From Zancudomyces culisetae HAW-14-8 (Eukaryota; Fungi; Kickxellomycota): a DNA stretch of 64,000 nucleotides. The notes beneath the pieces were generated by a model. That model had not been told where the DNA came from. It did no database searches and was given only the letters and a program-made list of their open reading frames with translations. Location of the stretch: contig JBNJNM010000012.1 of NCBI GenBank assembly GCA_052426225.1, forward strand, positions 248,001-312,000. Direction: 5' to 3'. This document shows, in pieces, positions 1 through 11,668 of the stretch. The translations under genes were made by a program, and so were the position numbers. Position 1 is the first letter of the stretch. Each line of letters begins with the position of its first letter.

Positions 1-2362
1 AAGTTGTATTATGAATAAAAGAAGAGGTGTAACGTCCCCTCTAAAGTATATATGGTGGCCAGTGCAACTGGAAGTGTACATGGTGCTAGTCTATTGCATT
101 TATAAAAATAGATACATGTATCTAGAGCCTTTTATTATTTGTTCCAGTTTTTTTTTTGTATTCGCACTTGGTGCCTTTGACAAAACAACTAGTCGCACTG
201 TCTATAATTTCACGTTGTGGAAAATATATAGATCCAAGTAACGCTTTTCAGCACAAACCTAAATTATAAACCAGATTTAAGCCAATACAAATGCATAAAT
301 GTATACCATGGATAAAGATGAATATATACGTCGATACTTTAATTGGCTGGATAGTTGTGATTCTCAGACCTGACAGGTGACCCACAAGATCACTTCATCG
401 ATAACGTAGTGTGTCAATGTTTCGAAATAAAATGTGAAATTCTGTACCAGCCTTGTCATCAGTAATTCTTTGTATTGTGACTTTTTTTGTTCACCTCCAC
501 TTGCCCCTGCTTTTCCCCCTTATCGATGCTTATAAAACAAAGGACAAGTTTCTTGTGTTATTAAAATATGACCAAAAATGCTTTATAGGTACTTGAGTAT
601 TATCAGGATGTCTAATTTTGGCAGTTTTTTATATTTATGTATTTTTCGGACAATAAAACCTAATTGCCCAATACGGATGCATGTTGTCAATGATCCCTCC
701 TAAACTTAATAATGGTCTCGACGAAAATACGTATAAAAGAATTGTGAGCTGTTATATTTCTGTATATTCTGTCTTTTTATCAGATTGTTCATAATTGCTG
801 TGCGTATTTTTTATCATTTGTCAGGCTGGGCAACCAACCTGACAAATGTTTCTAAATGAAAGACCCATAGCTTACATTAGATATATGTTGTAGCAATATT
901 TGCTAGTGGTACAGCTTATGGAAGTATTTGAATAAATGCTATGCTAAAAGAAAAGGGAAAAACCACATAGATATTTTAGACAATCTGAATGGACACATTG
1001 TTGCAAAAAAAAATTTTTTTTTTCATTGTGTGACATAATTTGGAACACTGAGATTGATATCTTTGGTCTAAAATGTGTACTATAGTAGTATTGATATAGA
1101 ACGAGAATATGGAAATAAACAAGTGGGAATGTGGCGATGAGTGAGCACGGAGACTAAAATCAATCTGAAGCAAGGTTTGTGCGCATAGTTTCATCTGGTC
1201 ATAATATTCAGCTTGGTGGTTTTCTTTGAATGTTACATACTTGAGTTGAAGGGGTATGTCTAGTTGAGTGGAAAGGATTTTTTTTATTAGTAGTATAGTA
1301 TATTTATCAATATAACACCAGTATATAATTTGGATATATTTTTTATTGATTTAAAATTGCTTGCAAAACTAAGTGTTTTTTAACATCCAATTTGCTCTAT
1401 TGCTTCTGATCTAACATTAGCTGGCCAAATCATGGTTTTTATTGCTTGAATATTGTGTAGTGATTTTTGTGGTAGATTTAAATAGGGAATTAGCGGGCGG
1501 AGGGTAGTTTACAATTGGCATTTATTTGAATTTCACAGCAAAGCAAAAATAAACAGGTCTCCAGGTGCTATCAGTCCAAAAAAAAGAAAATAATGGAGTG
1601 AGAAAACAGCGGAGATTTGATGGGAGATCTTTATCGCTTAAAATCCATTGGAGAGTTGGTTTTTTTCGAGGCATTTCAAACAACATTAATAATAATCACG
1701 TTTCTAAGATTGTCTTCAATTGTATTTGGTCAGCAATACAGAAGCTAACCATTATTGGTAATAAAAAGAATATTCATACCTAGAGCATGCTTTCTATTGG
1801 CGTAATAAAAAGCATTTATTACCTCCAAGCCTGTTACCATTCAATTCAATTAAAAAAAGTGTAATTTGATTTGCCTATGTTTTCAAGCATGCTAAATCGA
1901 ATCAATCTATGGGTATTTATTGGCACTAAAAAAAAAAAAGTCTTTCGAGGGCTTTTGCATACTGAAAATTACCAATGCTAAACTAAGGAGAAGACTGGAG
2001 TAATTAGTTCGGGAAATAATGAGATTTTTTTTTAGCAAATTTAGCTAGCAATATCAAGTTAAAAAACGAAGAATTTTTGTAATATAAAAGTAGATAAAAA
2101 GCCTAAAAATTTTATTAACAGCTACAAATATTGAATGAAAAGAAAAAGCCTTGAATGCGTTTTAGATTATATACTCGTTAAGCTTTGTATTTTAGGAGTA
2201 TTTTTATTATCAATATAGTCGAATATATATCAATAGACAGCAATAGGTAGAACTACTGTGGTATTTTTTACTTAAAGAATCAAAAGTACAATAGTTGGAA
2301 AGAGCGTAAGAATAGCTGGCTGTATAACAATCAATAGGCAGTAAAGACAAATTGGATATAAG

Positions 2363-4729
2363 ATGAGATCAGGCGTAGTGGTACACCAAAAAATAAACAG
2401 AAAACACAGGGGTTCAAGCTCAGTATCCCTAAATGATGAACAAATTGCTGCTTGCAAGGAGATAAAACCAATAAACATCAAAAAACCGGGGCAAAAGCAG
2501 AGTGGCACATTGGGCAGTTTTGAGGAGGAGCCTACAACAATGGAAGGGAGTTCCGTAGAAGCTGAAAAACAAAATCCTGGGACAGGGATCCACAGGCTGA
2601 TGGAAATGATGGATCTGAGGGGGGTGGAGGAGGTGGAACTATCAGGTGAAAATAGGGATACCAAATTGGAGTCCTTAGAAAGGGTTAAACAGAGAAAAGT
2701 ATTCAGCGACGATGACAAAAGTACCTTTATAGAGGCCGAGAAAAAGAAGGTAGAAACGGAAGCCTGCAAGATAGTTATTGAAGATCTGCTTGAAGATGGG
2801 GGAAAACTCAAGTGCTTTAGCGAGTGGAAAACAGAGAAACTACTAAAAACTACAGAATCTGTGCGATCAATGACCAAAAAACTGACAAACTCCAAGGTCA
2901 AGCTCATAAATAAATCTGAATGTATGATAGTGACAAAGCCTGGTGATGAAACGCTTATTAGTTTGACGAGAGATCTAGCAGTGTGGTTGATAACTACGCA
3001 TTTTTCAGGGTGCCCAAGTGGACTAACAGTGTACATTGACAAAGTAGTCTATGAAGACAGAAAGTTTAATCTGGCTCGTGTGATTCAAAAAAACCCAGAG
3101 GCAGCCGAGAGACTAAAACCCTGGACAGCTGAACTGTGCGCAGAGCAACCGGACCGGTTTGATTTTGCAGTGACATTGGGCGGTGATGGTACACTGCTAT
3201 ACACATCCTGGTTATTCCAAGGATCAGTTCCTGTAATAATACCGTTCGCTTTGGGGTCTTTGGGATTTTTAACTATTTTTGACGTGAAGCAGGCGAGACA
3301 AGTATTAAAAAAGGCAATCAACACAGGTGTATATGTAGATTTGAGAATGAGGTTTGAGGTTACAGTTCATAGAATAGCAGACAAAGAGTTTTTAAGACGG
3401 GAGGAATTTTCAAAGGCAAAAAATGCTCATATGAATCGAGTAGAGAAAAAAAATCAACAGGCGCTGGGCAATGCTTCTGGGGCTATTGGAGCGCAGAGCT
3501 TTTTGCGGTCAAAGAGGGGGCTAAGTCGTTCACCCAGTACAAGGTCGGTAGTAAGTAGGTCTGGTAGCACTCGAAGAAACCAGTTGCATAGACGAGATAC
3601 ATCGGATTCACAGGAGGGCCATTTACATACCGACGAAAACTTTGGGGAAAAGCCAGAGGCACCGGAAGAAAATGGAACGTTTTCGCATGATCCAGTTGGA
3701 GTTTTGAGAACGAGATCAACAAAATCAATGAGGGGAGCTGAAAGGCGTACGGGAAGGCGGAATATGAATAGTGCTGATCAACACGGTCATCTGCAGGCCA
3801 TGCTAGGAAGAGACCGAGTCGGATTAAGTGGGCGTCAAAGAGGAAATGAGGACAGATCCGAGTCGTGTGAACCAAGAACCTTTTCGCATATTAGCGGCAG
3901 AGGGTTGGGTATTCACACCGATAACAATTTCGCTAATCACACTCTTAGTGACTATGGCCAAAGTCACCAGGGAAGCTTTGTAAGCATCAGTTCGCCATTG
4001 TCTGCACTGTCTACGAAAAAGGGTACAACTAGAGCTGGAAGCAGAAGGGAGCGGAGAGCACTAGGCTCTTTTGATTCTGAATCAACAGATGATCACTATG
4101 AAACGCCTAAACAAGCCAGGACATCTATCAGCAAGGAAATGTATGGTAGAGGAGATTTATGGGTTAAAGATAAGACATACCACGTGCTGAACGAGGTGGT
4201 AATAGACCGAGGGTTCAACCCATTCCTCACTGTACTGGAGCTGTATGCTAGTGGGCGTCACCTGACGACTGTGCAAGCTGATGGATTGTCTCTTTCGACT
4301 CCTACTGGGTCAACAGCATATTCCCTGGCCGCCGGAGGCTCACTTGTACATCCCGAGATTCCTGCGATCTTAGTAACACCAATATGCCCACACACTCTGT
4401 CTTTCCGGCCTATGTTGGTTCCTGACACCATAGAGCTACAGGTAGAAGTACCTCCTGACAGCCGTAACACTGCTTGGGTCAGTTTCGATGGGCGAAACCG
4501 TATTGAGCTAAGCAGAGGTGATCATATCTCTGTTACTGCATCTAGACACTCCGTTCCAATCCTTGCAAGCTTTGAAGACCCAATGACTAGCTGGTTTGAG
4601 AGCTTGGAAACTTCCCTAAGCTGGAATCTGCGACAACGCCAGAAACAGATGAATTTTTCTGCTATTGAAAACCTAAATGTAAACGAAAATGAGGAGGACG
4701 AAAATAGCCATGCTGATGATGAGTGTTAA
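2363..4729 (+). CDS. ATP-NAD(H) kinase (Utr1/Yef1-like), single exon, with a large low-complexity insertion
   Basis: NAD kinase motifs: TLGGDGTLL, FALGSLGFL, VLNEVVIDRG, ADGLSLSTPTGSTAYSLAAGGSLVHP, PICPHTLSFRP, VSFDGR. Confidence 0.95.
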   Translation: MRSGVVVHQKINRKHRGSSSVSLNDEQIAACKEIKPINIKKPGQKQSGTLGSFEEEPTTMEGSSVEAEKQNPGTGIHRLMEMMDLRGVEEVELSGENRDTKLESLERVKQRKVFSDDDKSTFIEAEKKKVETEACKIVIEDLLEDGGKLKCFSEWKTEKLLKTTESVRSMTKKLTNSKVKLINKSECMIVTKPGDETLISLTRDLAVWLITTHFSGCPSGLTVYIDKVVYEDRKFNLARVIQKNPEAAERLKPWTAELCAEQPDRFDFAVTLGGDGTLLYTSWLFQGSVPVIIPFALGSLGFLTIFDVKQARQVLKKAINTGVYVDLRMRFEVTVHRIADKEFLRREEFSKAKNAHMNRVEKKNQQALGNASGAIGAQSFLRSKRGLSRSPSTRSVVSRSGSTRRNQLHRRDTSDSQEGHLHTDENFGEKPEAPEENGTFSHDPVGVLRTRSTKSMRGAERRTGRRNMNSADQHGHLQAMLGRDRVGLSGRQRGNEDRSESCEPRTFSHISGRGLGIHTDNNFANHTLSDYGQSHQGSFVSISSPLSALSTKKGTTRAGSRRERRALGSFDSESTDDHYETPKQARTSISKEMYGRGDLWVKDKTYHVLNEVVIDRGFNPFLTVLELYASGRHLTTVQADGLSLSTPTGSTAYSLAAGGSLVHPEIPAILVTPICPHTLSFRPMLVPDTIELQVEVPPDSRNTAWVSFDGRNRIELSRGDHISVTASRHSVPILASFEDPMTSWFESLETSLSWNLRQRQKQMNFSAIENLNVNENEEDENSHADDEC

Positions 4730-4935
4730 ATATTGCTGTTGTTATTGCCATTACTAGCACTCTCATTGTCTCCCCCCATTATATAGACTATCTTTACTTA
4801 TATTTACTTATTTATAAAATGCTTTATTTACCAATCTTAGCACATAGAAAAATTGGTATGTAATATTCTATTCCAAATAAAACAAAGAATAAAGAAATAA
4901 AATAATATCTCGAGTCCCAATCTCTTGTTTTTTAA

Positions 4936-7705
4936 TTACGTCGACCAAACCTGTTTGATCCACTTTTTCAGATCCAGCCTAAGCTTGCTAGACTTTTGAA
5001 CAAACTCGTCTTCTTCCAACAACTTGATAGGAGTGGGTCTCTCTTTTGGTGATTTGATTAAACTAATGGTAATAAATAGTTGGTAAACCCAGAGTGTTAG
5101 TATCTTTTCCATTATGTCCTATTCATACCAATAAATTAAATCCTCCTCCCCCTCCTCCTTCTCTCCTTCTTCTCATCCAAAAAAAAAAGTTCTCAACCAA
5201 AAAATTAACAGCTCCAATTGACCAGTGGTCAACTCAAAAGCTTGGATCGTATATTCGTCCAAGGTATGATTTTTTTTTTTTGCCAGAGAAATAAGAACAT
5301 TTGAGGTTTACGCTTCTAAAAAATAGAAAAACTTACCATTTAGTTGTAAAATCTACAATCTCCTTTGACCAATATCTGGGATCTAGAGATGGTGCTGGTG
5401 CTCTAATAATGTAATCCAACAGCTCGATGACGGTAAGTGGTGGTGAGCCAGCAGGCGGAAACGGGAATCTTCCCAATGCCACCTCTAGAATTGTTAAACC
5501 TAGCGACCAAACATCCGATTGCACAGCATACCCGAATCCCTGTATCCGCTCAGGCTAAATTTTGTTGTAATTAAAAAAAAAAAGTGATATAGGTGAGATA
5601 AATGGATGCCCATTGTTATAGTAATGGTGTTAGAGTACGTGGAGTATCCCAAGAGCACGTAAAAATATAAAAAATGGACAGTAGTTATTGTGCCGCAAGT
5701 TGAGCAACAAAGGTTCAAGAAGGTTCAGAACTTGTTTTTGTTTTTCAGCTTTGCAATTAACTAATTACTAGAGTTTCCATCTTTCTTTGGCAGTTTAGCA
5801 GTATTATGTATAAAATAAACTCAATCTTTAACTTACCGCCATATAATAGCTGGTTCCTACAAATGTCTGTGCAATTGAATTAACCAACTCTCCACTAACT
5901 CCAAAATCACACAACTTGATCTGTCCTGTGCCAGTGACTAGAATATTGGACGGTTTTATATCTATCAATGTTTAAGAGGTTAGAAACCAATTCAATTTCG
6001 GATGTATGTGTGGGGCTTATAATCATAAAAAAGTAAAAAAAAAACCGATCTGGACATGCAAGATGGTTCGTACTACTTTATAAATAGTTACCTCTGTGAA
6101 TTATTTGTTTAGCGTGTAAGTACACCAACCCGTTCAATACCTATTTGTTTTCAGATAAAATGTTATCATATAGATGTGCAAACGTTGATATTCATGCTTA
6201 TAATCTGGTAAGACTATGCAACAATATGATATAAAAGCCAATAAAAACATTACAGCTTCTGAGATTTTCCCTAGTACTCCTTCTCCGATTCTCCCATTCA
6301 TCGATGCAACTTTTTTATATATGCTATCAAGGCTTCCTCCATTGCAAAACTCCATACACATACAAATACATTGCCCTTCCTCAAGATAATATGTTCCATA
6401 AAACTTGATAATCCATGGTGAATCACATTTTTTTAAAAAGCTTAACTCTCTGACTAGCTGCTTTATCGTTGCTTCATCTGGATATACTCCCACCAACTAT
6501 ACACATACATACAAATATATAATTATACACATATACAAAGTAACAAAAGACTAATACCACATCAATCAATAAAATAAAACACTATAAATAAAACGCCAAC
6601 ATACCTTTCTTGCCATTATTTTCCCCGTAGGTATGTACCGTATTTTGTGAACTGTTCCGACAGATCCTTCACCGAGCTTGTCTAGTACCTCAATGTTCTC
6701 CTCTTTAAAATCAAACTCCTCAATTACAGATGTCAAGGGTTGCTGTGATGAAAACGAAGCTGGATCTTGGGGCTGTGGTGGTGGTTGCAACGAAAACGCC
6801 TTTTTGTTGAGTTTTCGAACACCTGAACCTGTACCTGTACCTTCACCACTACCGCCGTTATCGTCTTTATCATTACTTTCATTTTGACCTGCAAACTGAC
6901 TGTTCTCACCAGTAGCATCCCTTCGGAGATCATCGTCTATTTCTTCTTGCCTTTCACCACCAATGACCAGCTTTCTACTCCGAGCTTTTCGCAAATTACT
7001 AGGTGCACCAATCACTGAGAGTGATCTTCCGCTTGAAAGTATTTTTTTGTTTTTTTCCTTAAAGTTCTGAATACTTTGGTACTCTGCCATTGTCATATTA
7101 CCATAGTTGCCTGGAACATTTTGCATACCAGTGTTTAGTCTTAGGTTTTGTGTCTCTTGTGTTAGGTTATCAATAGAATACCCACCTATGACGTTTATAT
7201 TGTATGATATTAGTTTCAAGCCGCTGAATGTATTATCAACAGTTTGTTTGAGTATATGCTAGTACGCCACCGCTTTTTTAAAATGATTTTCTACTTCCCC
7301 CTCCGCTACCCTAGATCTTATAAAAAGTTATCTTAATATCATATGCAGGTTACTAAAAAAATAGATACGTAGATAGAAAAAGTGAATCAAACCATCCAAG
7401 ACGTTAGGCTTACTTTTAGAGCTGCCGCTGTAGTCCTTTTGAATCACATTAATTAAATCCTCTATGGATTCCAATTTGCCAAGCGAGTAATCGCCATGTG
7501 CATGAGGTCTATTCTTATTCCCCTCAACATTGCTTTCAATTTGTAATTGTGTGCTGGATTGTTGTTGGGCTTGTTGTTGAGTCTGTATTAGTAGCGAGGG
7601 CGGTGTCGGTCTCGTGTCTGCTGTTCGTACAGGAATAGAGACTTTTGGTAGATCGGGTCTTGGTTTTTTCTTAAGCTTCAAATTTGGTCTTTGTGGTAAG
7701 CTCAT
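4936..7705 (-). CDS. MKK1: MAP kinase kinase, Mkk1/Pek1 (cell-wall-integrity) type; 7 exons
   Basis: Exons joined at GT-AG introns give [13 protein letters not shown]|[29 protein letters not shown]|[16 protein letters not shown]|[36 protein letters not shown]|PERIQG..SDVWSLG..|[10 protein letters not shown]; stop TAA at 4936-4938. Subfamily assignment is by motif similarity. Confidence 0.88.
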
Positions 7706-9111
7706 TTCTTGATTTGAGTTTTTTGATTCCAGGCGTAATAGTTCATAAATATTACAATCAATAATAATTGTAAGATTACCCGCACTTTTTTTTTGTTTTT
7801 GTTGTATGAAGTTTGTATTTTACTATATCGTGTTTTCTAGAGTTATATTGTTAGAGCTGTAAAAATAAGAAAAAGGCATCAACGTAAAGTATCTACAGTA
7901 AAGCAATAGCTATTTTTGGGGGGGGGGAGAGTGGTGGTATGTGGGAACGAGCTTTTGAATCTAAAGATTGGCCTGAGGTTGATAAATCAAATGTGATGTG
8001 TTCCATCTATCCCATTAGTGGGTAAAAATAATTAGTTTATTTAATGCAATTGCCGGAATTTAGCGATTTTGAAGTTTTTATTGGTAATCCATTGAGAAAG
8101 TTTAAAAATAATAAGGTTTAAGCAAAACTCTATAATCCTCGAAAGTTTATGGATATTTTGTGGATAAACTTTGTTAATTAGCACAATAAAAAAAAAGTTT
8201 ATGTATTGAGGCTTATAAAAATTTGTTGGGGCTGAAAAGAAAACTAAAGGTGTAATGGATGTACAGAAACAAGTGTGCAATATTAGTGGAAGGCAAAAGC
8301 AATGAGAGAAGAAAAGCAACACAGAAAAACAAACGTAGGTATTTATATAGGACACGAATGGATAAAGTTATAAAACAACAAGATGTGCTTCAGATGTCAT
8401 GTATGACGGCCACGCCATCACTTTTCTCTATTAATAATTCACAGTGTACTCTCCAAGGAGCTTGATAAAAAGGTTGGAGAAAAAAGGAAAGCCAAGATGA
8501 CGTATTTTCATGAGTTTGCAGGCATATTTATCCGCAAACGAGAAGGGTGAAGCAAAGTAAGTTAGAGATTTAAGTTGACTGTTGCATACAGCTGTGAACT
8601 CTAACGTATGGTTTTTCTAGTAGGAGATCAAAATTTACACCAATTTAGTGTCTTTTTTATATTTTTATTTCTACACAAATTCTAAATAAACTTTAGACAG
8701 TCGCACATCAACCATACTCAAAATTGGATAAAATGGCCAGGTACATCATAACTTTTAATGATAAAGATTTTAGCTACTTTCCAAAGAGATAATGACAAAT
8801 ATAGATATATAGGGATAAAGAACGACGTACTTGGTATACAAGTTGGGAACATGATACAAAGTGATAAACTCTTTATTGAATTTAATGTTTCGATGAAAAA
8901 ATTGGTTATTTTCGTATTTAGTACTGTTTTCTTGTAATAAATTGGTTGATTGATTTAATAGTGAACTCAACTTGACAACTGATTTCCAATTATTCAAACT
9001 AGGAAAATCACTTTCCAAAAAATGAATGAAAAATAAAAAAGAGTAAAAAAAAGAGTAAAAAAAAAAGTTAAAAAACAGAAATGTAAATAAAAGTGATAAT
9101 AGTTAAAAAAA

Positions 9112-11547
9112 ATGAATAGAATGAGACTCGAAGAGGAAAGCAGTAGCAGCGATGAGGGCTATTATAATAAAAAAAGGGGATTTAATGGCAATTTAGAGGA
9201 TGGAGACGAGGATGATCTAGAATACAAATATGAGGGTTACGAGGATGATTTAAGAGAGGAACGTCGATTGTTTTCGGGATTGGGAGGGGGGCATAAACGG
9301 CGGAAACAAACGAAAGAGCAAAGTATGCTTGGAATATTTGCCAGCGATGATGAAGACGACAATGATGGATATGCGCAGCGCTCCAGGAGTAAGGGGAGTA
9401 GAAGGCAGGTGACATTTTTAAAAAAGAAGGATGGCGAGGAACAGGAACAGGAGGAGGAGGGAGAGGAAGTGGTGAGTATGCAAAACCTTGGATTGGGCAA
9501 TCCAAGGTCTAAACAAAAGGGGTACCAAAGTGATAATAAGGGGAAAAAAGTAGGAAACTTCGCTACCAAACAAAAGCAAGAAATTGATGAAAATGTGGTG
9601 GAGGAAGAAGCTTCCGAGGATTTCGGCGCCTTTGCAATTAAAGGGAAAGGAACTGTATGGAAAATGATGCTTAAAATGGGATACAGGCCAGGCGAGGGGT
9701 TGGGAAAGGAGGGAGAGGGGATAGTGAATCCAGTTGAAACAAAATTGCGGCCCGGAAAGAACATGGGTATAGCATACAAAGGGTTTTCAGAAAAGACCAG
9801 GCAAGCACAAATCAGAGAGATAAAAGAAAATAAGCAGCGAAACAAGACGGTAAAGAAAAAGAAGAAGGTGGTGATACGGCCACATTTGGTTAATGAAGAC
9901 AGTATAGCACAGCTCATGCAAAGCCTTGAAGATGACAGAGATAGGAGGGATGAGCAAGATGAGCGGATGAGGGAGGATGGAATGGATATTACTGAAGAGA
10001 TGGATAACGCAGAAGACGAAGTTAGAGAGGAAAAAGTAGAATTAGGTGTGGAGTTGAGTAAAGCGTGGATAAAGGCAATGATGAAGCAACTGAGTAAACA
10101 GGAGGAGGCTAAGGAAATAAAAGTTAGAAAGATAGTTGAATTGGAGGAAAAAATAGAAAAAGAGACTCAGAAAAAGGAGATTATTGAAAAATATAAAGAG
10201 ATAATAAGCGGATACAAGGCGTACAAGGATAGCATGATGATAACAACAAGTTTAGACGAGGATAATGGTGAACGTGGGGTAGATAGTAAAATGGATGAAT
10301 ATGTATACAGGGAAATTCTCAAAAAGACAAGACAGGCGATGGAGCAAGAGGATATCGAGGCTGGAGAAAAGTTGACGTTTAATCAAATTGGGATGGATAA
10401 ATGGTTATTTTCTGTAGTAAACAAAGAGGTGAAGAATTACAGTGACGTAAAAGTAACTGAAAAAACGACGATCAAGATATACAAAACTATGAGAGAGATG
10501 AGCAAGGAGGAAATGAAAAGCAGGAAGGGGTACATAAAGCTGATGGAAAATAAATGGCTAGAGCCAATGCAAAAAAAGATGGTGGTTGTGTTTAGAGAGG
10601 AAAGAGATAGTGAAAATATAGGTAAACGAGGTGCGAGCGGCATGGGCAAAATTGATAGTGAAGAAGCAATCAGAGAACTTGAGAGATGGGAGAAGGATGA
10701 AAATGTTCCGGAAATACTAAAATACAGGCTGATTAAAGAGACAGTGATTAGGGAGATTATAACCAGGATGCTGGGAGATGGAAAGGAGAGCGACGGAAGA
10801 GAGGGGGAGGTGAAAAAGCAAAAAGAAAAGGAGAGTGACGAGTGGGTGTTTTGTTGGTTGCCTATATTGATGAGACACGAAGATGTAATGTACGAGCTGT
10901 ACAATGTAGTAGTAGATAAAATAGATACGCTTACACGAAGCATAGTATTGAAAATGCAAAGCCAAGATAAAGAAGCTGGGATCCAGGAGATGGACAAGCT
11001 AAAAAACTACATCAAAAAATGGAACAGTGTAATAAAGTACAACCAAGAAATGATGTTGCGATTGGAGAAGGTTATGGTGAGGATGTATCGTGAGCTTATT
11101 GAGAAGATAGTGGAAATCAATGCACGTCAGCAAGATCGAGCAAGCTTGATAATACTAGTACGATTAAAAGAGTCGTATGGACTGATAGTGGATAGCAGCA
11201 GCAGCGGTAGTGATCGTTACTGGATGGAATTAGTTGGAATGGGTGTTGAAAAATGGCTCAAGTACATGTATGAATGGCTGAGCAGATTGATTGAGCAAAA
11301 TCTGGATAACAAGGAGGGATACAAAAGTGGAATTACAGAGATATATAAGTGGTATGAAAGTTGGAAGGATATATTTATTGGTGGTGAAGGTACAGGTTTT
11401 AATGGGAACAGCAATAATATTATGAGGGTCAAACTGCAAATAAAAAGAGGCTTGTATATGATAAACTCGAATGTTGACTATTATTCTTTGCATATTAAAC
11501 AAAATCAAAATCAAAAACAGAAACAAAGACAAAAACAAAAGCAATAA
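9112..11547 (+). CDS. G-patch spliceosome disassembly factor, TFIP11/Spp382/Ntr1-like
   Basis: N-terminal TIP_N-like motif (RKQTKEQSMLGIF), G-patch (KMMLKMGYRPGEGLGKEGEGIVNPV..GIAY), C-terminal W-rich EIYKWYESWKDIF motif. Confidence 0.85.
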   Translation: MNRMRLEEESSSSDEGYYNKKRGFNGNLEDGDEDDLEYKYEGYEDDLREERRLFSGLGGGHKRRKQTKEQSMLGIFASDDEDDNDGYAQRSRSKGSRRQVTFLKKKDGEEQEQEEEGEEVVSMQNLGLGNPRSKQKGYQSDNKGKKVGNFATKQKQEIDENVVEEEASEDFGAFAIKGKGTVWKMMLKMGYRPGEGLGKEGEGIVNPVETKLRPGKNMGIAYKGFSEKTRQAQIREIKENKQRNKTVKKKKKVVIRPHLVNEDSIAQLMQSLEDDRDRRDEQDERMREDGMDITEEMDNAEDEVREEKVELGVELSKAWIKAMMKQLSKQEEAKEIKVRKIVELEEKIEKETQKKEIIEKYKEIISGYKAYKDSMMITTSLDEDNGERGVDSKMDEYVYREILKKTRQAMEQEDIEAGEKLTFNQIGMDKWLFSVVNKEVKNYSDVKVTEKTTIKIYKTMREMSKEEMKSRKGYIKLMENKWLEPMQKKMVVVFREERDSENIGKRGASGMGKIDSEEAIRELERWEKDENVPEILKYRLIKETVIREIITRMLGDGKESDGREGEVKKQKEKESDEWVFCWLPILMRHEDVMYELYNVVVDKIDTLTRSIVLKMQSQDKEAGIQEMDKLKNYIKKWNSVIKYNQEMMLRLEKVMVRMYRELIEKIVEINARQQDRASLIILVRLKESYGLIVDSSSSGSDRYWMELVGMGVEKWLKYMYEWLSRLIEQNLDNKEGYKSGITEIYKWYESWKDIFIGGEGTGFNGNSNNIMRVKLQIKRGLYMINSNVDYYSLHIKQNQNQKQKQRQKQKQ

Positions 11548-11668
11548 TAGCGGGCAAGGTACTGATGAGAACAATATCGAATAAAAAACAAAGATAAAAG
11601 GTAAAAGATAAAATAAATTAATTAGTAAATTAATTAGTAAAAGTGAGTTTCCGCAACGTTCAAAGAAA

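Noticed and set aside
976-1260. Possible minus-strand exon or small gene
   Set aside because: No recognisable homology or complete gene model.
3370-4170. Intein within the NAD kinase
   Set aside because: No His-Asn/Cys-Ser-Thr splice junction or endonuclease motifs; the composition is that of a disordered region.
8259-9018. Small ORFs and splice-like signals between MKK1 and TFIP11
   Set aside because: I could not assemble a coherent stop-free product.
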